A DNA stretch of 63,880 bases, counting the filler. It is 4 parts of 4 records of this genome, joined end to end, with 100 filler letters (N's around TTAATTAATTAA, not from the genome) between each part and the next. Parts side by side here need not be neighbours in the genome. Positions count along the whole stretch, not along the records: positions 32,305 to 63,880 come from SRR2962707_920; 3 more parts are not named here. The stretch is one strand, 5' to 3'. The position numbers and the translations under genes were made by a program. The notes under the pieces were generated by a model. It saw nothing but the letters and a program-made list of their open reading frames with translations. It searched no databases and had not been told where the DNA came from. Of this stretch, positions 53,801 to 63,880 are shown in pieces; position 1 is the first letter of the stretch; every line of letters begins with the position of its first letter.

Positions 53801-56800
53801 TTTTATCGCCAACCTGGAATGCAACTGAACCTGAAGGATCGCTGACCATGTCCCCCATTTCCACACCAGGTCGACGAATGAGGTGCTTGGCCAACCCCAT
53901 TTCAAAGTCCCCGTCATCATATCGTAAATCAAATGTCCCGTCCGGATTGATCTTGCTGATGCGACCAGGAAACCAACTGCCTTGACTAGCAAAATTGCCC
54001 TCGACTCGGTCTCCAACTCCCCAGCTCGCCTCACCAGGCACACCATTGGCACGTGTTATCGTAGACTGTGAGTCTGCGTCAAATGTATCAATGTTGCGGA
54101 TGAACTTTGCACGCACACCTTTTTCGGCATCCCCGTCGTCATATATGAGATCGTACGTTCCATCAGCATTGACGTGGCTTATCTTTCCGGAGAACCACGT
54201 GCCTTGACCCCCAAAGTTTCCCTCGACACTCTCGCCAACACCATAGCGTTGCCGTGACCCGACGGAAGCTCCACTGGCTTGACTATCTGCATCTTCTTCT
54301 GACGGTAACGCACGCACCAGCGACGGTGCAACTGACGATTCCACATCGCCATCGTCGTACACGAGATCATAGGTGCCATCAGCATTTACTCTATCCACTC
54401 TTCCTGGAAACCATTCGCCAGCTTGTGCAAAGTTCCCCTCAACACGGTCACCAGCTACCATAAGTGCAATCCTGATAAGGGAAGCATCAACGTCACCTTC
54501 AAAATCTCCATCGTCATATTGAACGTCGTAGGCATTAGCACCTGACACTTTGGCAATAACTGCCGGAAACCACTCCCCTTGCCCAGCAAATTGAGCTTCT
54601 ACTGCCTGTCCAACCTTAAAAGCACTCAGGCTAGACGTTCCAACAATGCCTTTTCCTCGAGTACCAACATACGATTCGAGCAGTTCCAGCAATTGCATTG
54701 CTGTTGAAGATTGGCTCAAAGGAACTGGTTTGCCCGGTTCCGGCTTCTCACCTTGACGCTGCAGGTCGGTTCGGGCGACAAAGTCAAAAAAATGATCCCA
54801 CTCTTCAGCGTCAATATCATCGTTGGCTTCGCGACCAAAAGTCGCGTTAAACGAGTCCAAGTTCGAAAAAAGGATCATTTGGACATCTTGGTCATCAATA
54901 GCAGCCTTTAACTCTGCCGTGCTTAGTTGACCATCTTTGGCTGCAAGAGTCGAGTCAATGGCCTCAAACAACTCTCGCACCCGGCGGCTTGCAGCAGGCG
55001 CTCGTCCCACGACTCGAGCTCCTCCTGTATCCACCGCGGCTCCACGTGCAACGGGAGACTCTCCTTCGGAAGCACCTTCCTCGTCGGAGTCCTCATCTTC
55101 ATCTTCAGAATCCGATTCTTCGTACAACCGAATGAGATTAGCCGGAACATTGTCCTCATGATCCCCATCATCATAAGCAATGTGAAAAGTGTCTGGCTCG
55201 GAGGCTCGAGCAACAATGCGACCTGGAAACCATTCGTGAAACCCACCATACCGTGCTTCTATCCTTGACCCCGGCATCAGCGTTTCTTTGGCCTGGTCAT
55301 CAAGGTGCACTCCTTGTGAAAGGTAGCGACACACCGCCTGGCATCGCTCATTCTTCTCTGGTGCTTCAGGTGAGCTACCACTGATGAAGTCAAAGAACTG
55401 TCGAAAACCAGGCTTGTCGGTAAACGTGCCTGAATCTTGTTTCTGTCGCTGAAATTCTGCCCAATAGTTTTTGGTTGCAGCGCTAACACCAGCGTCATCA
55501 GGTTCCGGAAGGTCTCCAAGCCTTGAGCAATATGTTGCAAAATCTGCTTGTGTGACGCGCCCGTCGCCACCCCGATCAATAGCAGCAAATATGTCGTCGA
55601 CACGGTGCCAAAAGACGCCATCAAAATCATTGACTCTGAGCTTGCGAATCATATCTGGAGCGACTCGGTACTCAACATCCCCATCGTCGTATTGGATATC
55701 GTAACTTCCGTCATCATCATGCTGCTTGGTTATCGAACCGGCAAAATATATCATTCCCATTTTGAAACGAGCCTCCACCCGCTGCCCCACTTCAAAAACG
55801 AAATCCTGGTCCAAGGGATATCTAATATCATCAATAGTAGCAAGAACAATTTTGTGGGATCCATCATCTGGCATAACGGCCCGAATATAGTAATGGTCCG
55901 GACTGTTGGCCATTCGAATGACTTTGCCTGCAACCCATTTCCGTTGGCCCGCGTGAACAAGTCGAACCTGCACGTCTTCGGAAGGCATAAATCCCTCTTG
56001 CGCAGGCGGAAAACGAATCAAGCCCTCGATGACATCATACTCAACATCCCCATCAGTGTAGTTAATGGTATATGTATGCTCTTGTAGATTCGCCTCTGCA
56101 ATTTCGCCATCGAAGTACTCGACAAGTCCACGAAATTGTGCTTGAATTTTGTCGCCAATTTTAAATTTCAAAGCCTCGCGGATCGCCGAATACAGGATGT
56201 CCTGCTCCCCGGCACCATCCTCGAACTCCAGATGATACTTGTTGAAAGATGTAACACCCACAATTTTTGCTGGAAACCAGTCATTTCCACCACGGTATTG
56301 CGCCTCCACGTGTTGACCCATCTTGTACCGCGGAATGAGTCGCACTTCCGAAGTTGGCTTGCGATCCTCCGCATCACCATCGTCGTACTGGATATCGTAT
56401 TCGAAGTTCGGCATGCCCCCAACCCCACCACCTTCCATCTCATGAACACGAATTATTCTTCCAGGGTACCAGCTGCCCTCTGAGTTGAAATTGGCTTCAA
56501 CCTGGTCGTCGACTCGAAGTGCTACTTTTTCCTTCAGAGCTGGAGCAACACCTCGCCTTAAACGCTTACTAGGAATTTGAATATCCATTCGATCACCACC
56601 ATCATATAAAACAGTGTAGAAGCGATTTTCGTCGTGAGCGTCCGCGACTGTTGCTGGCAACCAAGAAGTTGGGTCTGCTTGTTGTACCTCAACTTTTTCA
56701 CCCAAAATATAGTACAAGTCGTGCGGCACTCGCAGACGAATGTATTTTGCCTGCACAAAGTCTTCCACATCGCCGTCCTCGTACTCAATGAGGTATGTTC

Positions 56801-59800
56801 CGTCGTCGTGGACATGACCAATAACCCCATCAAAGAAGGCATTTCCTTGACGGTACATCGCTGAGACGAGATCGCCGATCGCAAAGACTGCGCCATCAGT
56901 CGCTGGTGCTTCTTTGACACAATCAGCAGGAACATGCTTTTGGATTGTGCCGTCTGTAAACTCGATGTCGTAATTTGTCATGTCGCCAACGGTTGATGCC
57001 TCGCCTCCAATACTGCTTGCAAGGTTGACCCGGCGCACAGTACCGCGATACCACTGACCATCCCCCTTGTAGTTAGCCATCACAACATCTCCCTCCACAA
57101 AAGTATCATCTTCGTTGTCGCTCGGTGCGTAAGCACGAATGAGACTACTGGGGACACGCTTTTCAGCGTCCCCATCGTCATAGAGAATATCGAAGGTGTT
57201 ATCAACGTAGGCTGCCTGCACACGTCCGGGGAAAAAATGCTCGCCTCCCTGAAACTTGGCTTCCACAGTGTCACCGTTGTGAAAGGCAGGTGTGTTCTCA
57301 TCGACAACGCCCCCGGCATCTAAGAGAAGACGTATCACGGCTTCGTGGCCTTTCTCAGCGGCCACACCGAGCGGCGTTTGATGCGTTTGAGGGTTGATGA
57401 TGTTGACATCACAACCCACACTCGCAGCTGTATCAGCATTACGATGTGCGAACACCTGCATGGCGACGCCCGCAACTACGCCTGCCTCTGCTGCTGCGTC
57501 CCGCATCAACACTTTCACGGAATCATCACTTCCAAAAGAGGCAGCCACATGCAATGGCGCACATCCGTTCCGACTGCATACATTGGGGGACGCCTTGAAC
57601 TTTAGAAGCATGGACATTACTGTCAGGGCCTCGATTCCATCAGCTGTCTCATCGCCCTTGGAATTGGATGCCACCTCTGTTGCTGCATACAGAAATGTCA
57701 CACCATCTTCCCCAATGTCTCGAGCATTGACGTCAGCGTTGGCCATAATAATGCGTTCGCATGCTTGTACACCGGCTTTAGACTGAATAGCTGCAAGCAG
57801 CTCCGTATTGAGTTCCTCTTCAGTTTTCGAGTCTGCTGCATCCGCCTCCGCGGCCTTGCCTTTGTTTACTTTCTTTTGTGCACGCGCACGATAGTATCGC
57901 TGAATTTTAAGCGCTGAATCTTTGTTTTGCTTGTATGAGCACTTTTTGTAGTTGCGGGCATTGCGGTAATTTCGCTGTACCATAATGGCTGCTGCTTCCT
58001 CGCGAGCTTCGAGTTGAGCCTTGGTCAGCGCTTGCGAGGCTCGGCGTGTTCGGACACCCTTCTGAATTTTGCGAGCAGCCCGCTCACGCCGCCTGAGCTC
58101 CGATTGTTGACGTACAAACTCGCGCACATATTCCAGCCGGTTCGCGCGACTTTCCGAGTCCTCAGACATGAAAAGGCGACAAACGGCTTTCTTTTGTTTC
58201 AACGGGAGCATGGCTATCGTCTTGAGTACCTCACGCTTTTCCTTTGGCGAGTTCCACGGGGTTTTCAGAAGGGCCTTGATTTCATCATCCGTAAGACCAT
58301 GGAAAAGCCGCTTCAGCAGCGAGTCGTTGTCCTTATCCTGAGCAGTGTAATCACCGTCTGCTCCTGGACCGTCCGCACCCTCAACGCCATCGACTCCATC
58401 GTTGGGAAGCCTGATGAGTACCAAAGGTACTTCTTCCTCGATGTCACCGTCGTCATACTTAATGTTGCACCGTTCCTCACCACGCATACCGCTAACCAAC
58501 TGCACTGTCCCCCTGTACCACTCAGGCCCTCCACCATACCGGGCCTCCACCACTAGCCCTGGAGCTAGCAACGTGCGAAGATCCACCTCCTTTTTCTTGG
58601 CTGCAGGCTTCATGAAAACAGCTGCAGCATCAAACTCGCGATTCCCGTCATCGTACAAAATGTTGTAGCGCCCGTTGCCACACTCTTTCGTCACTGCACC
58701 ATCAAACCACTGTGGGTGGCCCTGGTATCGAACACAAACTCGGTCACCTTCTACATATCGTCGCACGTGTGGCCTGGCCAGCTGTATTTGCATTGTCACT
58801 TCTCGCTTATCCAGTGGGACAACCTCCTCGCCAAGAAGCACAACGCTCAATTCCCCAGTCGTGCGATTCTTGCTCAAAACCTCCCCAACCCCAACAGTGG
58901 CTGCATCGCCAGCCCCAGTCACTGAATGTGCAACAACAGAGCCATCAACTTGATAGTCTTTGATAAATTCAATGTGATCACCGACCTCGGGTGTCCACAA
59001 ACCAACTTCCACTCCTCCAACGAAGTCATCAGCTGCGCCGAAATCACCACCTTGCCCGGTGGCGTCATCGATTGCTTGCTGTTGTGCCCGCAGCTCTGCC
59101 GCAAGTGGATCCTCTTCCTCGCCAATAGCTTTAATCCACTTTGAAGGAACATTTCGCTCAACTGGACCATGATCATACTGAATGGTGTACAGGTCTTCGC
59201 CACCCCTCCCGCCGCTGTTTCCTGTTATTGTGCCAAAGCGCATGGCTTTGCCATTAAAATTGGCCAGAACGCGCGTCCCCACGTCGAATCCAGCCAGCGT
59301 CCCTGCTTTGGCATAATGGTGACGCCGGAATTGAGCTTGGATTTTCGTTGCGCTTGCATGCCGCTGACGTTCCTGGTTTGCTCTGTGCCCTCGAAAACGA
59401 TGCTGTATGGCAACAGCTGCGCGAGCTTCCTCCTCAGCTGATCGCTTGCGACGCCGTGCCTGTTCGTCGAGCCGTGCTTGCACTGTACGCTCAAGGTCTG
59501 CAGAAGTTCCAGAAAGCAGCGCTTCGGTGGCATCGAGGCCAGTGGTGGCGTTCGACATTGCCTGCCGCCAAGTCGATCCTTGCAGCTGCACGCGCAACAT
59601 TTCAACCTCTTTTTCCAGCGACTGCACTTTGCGTTGTTTTTGAAGAACTTTCTGTTCCATCAACTTTTGGGTCGCAAGGACACGTTGGTACTTCTGCTCT
59701 CGCCGATCAAGCTTGCGATTAAGCTCGGCGTTTGTAGTTTCCAGACTTTGGATTTGCAATCGGTGATCGTGCTGCATCAACTTGATCATATGTGCCGAGT

Positions 59801-62800
59801 CAGTATTAATACGGTGGTCGACAAGATTGGAGTTCGTTGCTAACGATCGCGTTTTTTCCAAATGCAGCTGAGTTTTCAATTGCTCATTCTTTCGTTGCAG
59901 TTTGCGGACAGCCTCACTTTCAGATGCAGCAAAAGCGGCAGAGGAAAGTTTTTTACCTTTCTTTCCTCGTTTGTTAGACCGACTGATCCGTGTGCCAGAA
60001 CTACGCCCTGTACCATCTCCACCACTTTGACGTTGGGCTTTCATGTGCCGCAGGTTATTGGCACCAGCTCGAACAAAGTCGAACTTGCTGGCCTGAATTC
60101 GAGAACCATTACTGGTGCTGCCTACCTTTCCAGTGACTTTCCCTGCCTCTAGTTCGCGAATACGGCTGTCCTTTTTATCCAACTCTTCCCGCAGACGCTG
60201 AAGTTCAGATGCCAAAATATTCACCAGTCGATTTGAGCTGTTCGCAAGACTTGGATCAGACGTGATGGACGCAAACACACGAGATGATTGTGTGGCAGAC
60301 CCGCGCTGCGGTGCAGCTGTAACGATAACCGAGGACGGTTCCTTGGACTCGTGGAGCACGTGATCATTAGTTCCTGCCAAAGTACGACTGCTTGGCCCGG
60401 AATTTGAACGGTTTGCTGCATCGTCGAAACCGGCCAAAAAATTTGCCCACTCAGACCAGGCAATCATTTTGTCTTGGCTTTCGAGTTTCTGTAACCGAAA
60501 TGGGGAGAGCGTCAGATGTCCTACGGGTGCAGCAGCGTCACAAAGCTGAGCACGGTTCAGCACAAATGTACGCTGTCGGTCAAGACCGTAGAAAAGGCGC
60601 TTGAGAGCAAAGGTTTCGGCCGCTGTTGCTTGATGTGCGTCTGTGAAAGAGTCCACGTTGGGAGAAGGCACAAACGTGGATTGGATTTTAAGTACCTGTC
60701 CATGTCGCCGTGACGGCGCAAACGTCAATTGAATCGATGCTTGACATGTCCAAGCAACTGTCAAACATATCAAGCAAAAAACAAACAAAAAACATCTCAT
60801 ACGCATACATACTGGTCCTTCTGGGGATCCGCCACCCATTGCTTGCGAAGCTCCAAAGTCCAAAACGGAACTCGCAGCCGCGTTCAAAAGATCACTTGGG
60901 AGCAACACGATTTGATGTTCACCGTATATTGTTTGGCCATGACCCCTGCCGCCCATGCCCAACAGCACATGGACTGGAAGACTGCGAGAGCCGAGAAAGT
61001 TATCTTGAAGGTTAGTATCTCGCAACAGCGAAAACTCGCAATCAAAGCTGTCCCGCCAGAGCGAGTACCTAAAAGCGAAGAACATGGTTGAACCTTTCAA
61101 AGGAAAATGTGGGCAGGCAAACATCACAAACTGCAGCTTACACATGGAAAGGCAATGGTTGATGAGGAACTCACTGAAAACGCTGAGCTTCGTCCCAACG
61201 AGCTGTGCCACCACCAGTTTGCGGGGACAGTGACGTTTTGAACATTCGCTTGCCGACATCAAAGCGTACAAATACTTCTTCATCGTCCACCATCGACCTT
61301 TCCGGTAGTCCAGTCACGCTCAATACTTTGATAGTTAAGTTGCCTGCTGCCGAGGGAATCCACGTTCCGCTGAGTTGCAATTGACCCCATCCCGTCGGCG
61401 GTACGGCTTGATCCTGTCGCGCGCTCGAGAGGGAAAACCAATCTGCTGACGAGCTGCCATCTGTGAACCATTGAATCGGTAGATGCAACTCACGCACGGG
61501 CACTTGGGACATGCTATCACCGTGTCGGTCATGGTCATCCCGAGTACCTTGGTGCTCGACAATTTGCACACGAACAATGCTTGGCAATCGAGCCGAATGT
61601 ACAGGAATCATGAAAAATGAGCCCCGTCTCAGCGGGCGCTCTTTCACTTGAAGTTGACTGGCAGAACTCTGCTGGGAATGGAAGCTTGCCTGAGGTACAT
61701 CGCTTTGCAGCCTTCCTCGACCCCGGCTTCGCGCCATCGGTGAGCTCGCAACGTTGGATACATTCGAAGAGCTAAGCTGAGCGGGCGCTACTACCACTAC
61801 TGCATGTTTCATGAGCCGCTCTAAATAGCGTATACCCTGAATTTGTAAGTACAATGCGCCGTCAAAGCCACTGTGCTGGATTTCTCTCGAGTTCGGGGCA
61901 TCCACAAGCTGAACATCCTGTGGCGAAACATGACCTGCCAACCCGAGAACTTCACAACGTAAAGTTCCTCGACTGTTCTCTGCCGAGTCCAAGATGACAA
62001 GATCCAACAGCTCGCGCCCAAGCGCGCCGGTGGGTTGCTCCGAACTGTCAACAAGCGCATCTCCTGCAGTATTTGCCCCACGATGGCGGTCAAGGTTGAT
62101 TTCAGCGGTGGCAAGCCCAATTTGGCAATCGATGTCATCAAAGCGGTTGGCGTTGCAAAGGCGAAAAGCGACCGATGCTGTGGTACAGCTTCCCATGTTC
62201 GGAACCGGAACCAGGATAACTTCATTCCAGACTGCTGAGGAACCCCGTTTTCGCTGGGACATGGTGCGGGAGATAGCACTATTCGCTGCTTGCGACCCAC
62301 TGCCCGTTCCCAGAGCCTGCCATCGTTCACGAGACCAGACACGACACAGTTGCATCAGTTGTAGAGACCCGGCGTGCATGTCCTCACCAACTCGCAAGAA
62401 ATAATGGAACATTGCAAAACAACCAAGGAGAAGAATGAACAGGGAAGCACAAACCTCGACATGCAAAGAGCTCTGTCCCAACGTCGGAGCAAGGTTAAGT
62501 TGTGTTGCCTCAACAACACGAAAGTATATCCCTTCTTGCTCAGGCTGCTGGAACAACGAATGAAAGCAGTGTTGGAGCTCAACAAAAATGTAGCCTTTCA
62601 CATTACCTGTGTTGGAATTATGGCGGTGAAGTGGAAACCAGTCCCCGACGACATGTTGGCCAGCTAGAAAGAGAGGAAAAATCGGAATCTCAGCACAAAA
62701 GCTGCCCACGGTAACATTGTTTTCAGAACTCCCGACAAAGACGTTGATGTTGACAGTCAAGACCGGTGTGAAGATCCTTGCGCTGTTGTGGTACGGAAGC

Positions 62801-63531
62801 ATGAAGTTTTGGTGAAGGTTTGCGGTGCGACTTCCTTTTTTCAACGAAACTATGCGTGACACCTCAAAAGGGCCATCAGCACCAACGCGCAGTTCCGCTT
62901 GTGCTTGGAACTGATGGTCAGACATTGTGTCATGCTGCAATTTCTTGACACCCCGAACTGCCACAAACAACGAATCCCTCTGGAAGTCGAGAGGCAAACT
63001 GGGACCCAAGGGAATCTCATATCCAGCGGCCTGTCCACTGTCCAGAGGCGTTGCGCGGATTTCGACCTGCAAGGAGGTGTTGTCAAACGAGGATGCAGTG
63101 TCAGGCGAACTTCCTCCTCCACGCCTCTCGAGCATAAGCGTCGCAGATTGGCCTGGAAATCGAAAGAAATTTGCGCAAGACACAGCAGTTGACCAAACGG
63201 CTGCACTTTTTTTCGAGCTTTCCCCTCGTCTATGGCCATAAATCTTGAATCGCAGAAGTGGCAGGGTCTTCTGCTCTGCCAGCCAGGACACATTGTCGAA
63301 CTGAAGCTCTTGGTCCCATGTTGCCTCAGTCCACGACTCAACTTGGCGACACTGGGTCAACGCAGTTCGCTTTTGAGGACCGGCTTTGCCGTTCTGCATT
63401 TGCACAGCGACCGAGAATTGCATTTGTTGATACCGAGCGTGATACTCAGGCCCATGCATTTTAACCACTCTGATAAGCAGGCGCATGGCATCACGGCAGG
63501 CAGCGACAGGCGCTGCTGGTTCTGCTGACAT
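50896..63531 (-). CDS. Eukaryotic giant multidomain protein, about 4024 aa: C2-like domains, coiled coil, IQ motifs, ankyrin repeats, EF-hands and about 30 Tudor-like repeats
   Basis: Repeat consensus FxVGDxVEAxFxGEGxFFPGxIxxVNxDGTYDIxYDDGDxExxV; IQ motifs (AIQHRFRGH, KIQAQFRRH, KIQRYYRAR); ankyrin APLHVAAS, TPLGVAAEKGH; EF-hand DRGGDGRVTQADF. Inferred introns 62317-62454, 61069-61174, 60696-60812, 51241-51357, 51026-51108 join the two long ORFs and two small terminal exons in frame. Confidence 0.85.
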
Positions 63532-63855
63532 CTGGAACAGCTCTCGAAACTCGAAACTGGAAAGGGGAGTATTAGTGACGACTCACTCACAGCCCAACGG
63601 CAAGCGGTGGGCACATTTATTGCTGCTGCTGTTGCTGCCGCTCCTGGTGTTTTCTGTTGCTTTTTCTCGTCCGTCCAGCGACGCGGCTCAAACGAGAGCA
63701 ACTCTCGTCTTCGTCGTCCTCCTACTCCTCGTCATGCGCTGAGGCGTGGATGGCTCTTGAGCGAGAGGGATGGGCCGCCGCTGCAGAAGCGACAGCTCAC
63801 ACAACACGAGAAAGACGAGACGGCACACCCTGCCGCAACAAAGAAGCTCAAACAC

Positions 63856-63876
63856 AGAGAGAGAGAGAGAGAGAGA
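63856..63876. repeat. (AG)10 microsatellite at window end
   Basis: Direct reading. Confidence 0.95.
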
Positions 63877-63880
63877 CAGA

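Noticed and set aside
51400-54620. Periodic ccatcgtcgta-like DNA motifs as a CRISPR array
   Set aside because: They encode the YDDGD motif of protein Tudor repeats, vary at synonymous sites, and no cas genes are present.

Overview
The window is four unrelated contigs joined by artificial 100-nt linkers (N44-TTAATTAATTAA-N44). (1) 1-9065: alphaproteobacterial (Rhodobacteraceae-like) chromosome with the fhs 3' end, folD, yceI and a six-gene cluster (CDP-alcohol phosphotransferase, membrane sulfatase-superfamily protein, NMT1/THI5-type ABC importer, GT4 glycosyltransferase). (2) 9166-26984: an apparently complete 17.8-kb integrative element bounded by pieces of a CAT-anticodon tRNA. It has a tyrosine integrase, xis, XRE repressor, AlpA, helicase-type Rep, candidate ori and TerS, but no recognisable capsid, portal, TerL or tail genes, so it looks like a PICI-like phage satellite. 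Unusually, about 7.5 kb encodes three large proteins resembling podovirus internal virion/DNA-ejection proteins, two with peptidoglycan-hydrolase domains. This is the best candidate for an undescribed system. (3) 27085-32204: gammaproteobacterial housekeeping DNA (prfB partial, lysS, TetR, ung, crotonase-family enzyme, REP). (4) 32305-63880: intron-containing protist DNA with two convergent giant genes, a ~5465-aa RNF213/mysterin-like AAA+ E3 ligase (CBM20-like, AAA+, RZ finger, no visible RING) and a ~4024-aa C2/IQ/ankyrin/EF-hand protein with about 30 Tudor-like repeats. 17 of the 23 introns I inferred are phase 2 and directly followed by a Tyr codon. All family calls come from motif recognition by eye; no searches were run.
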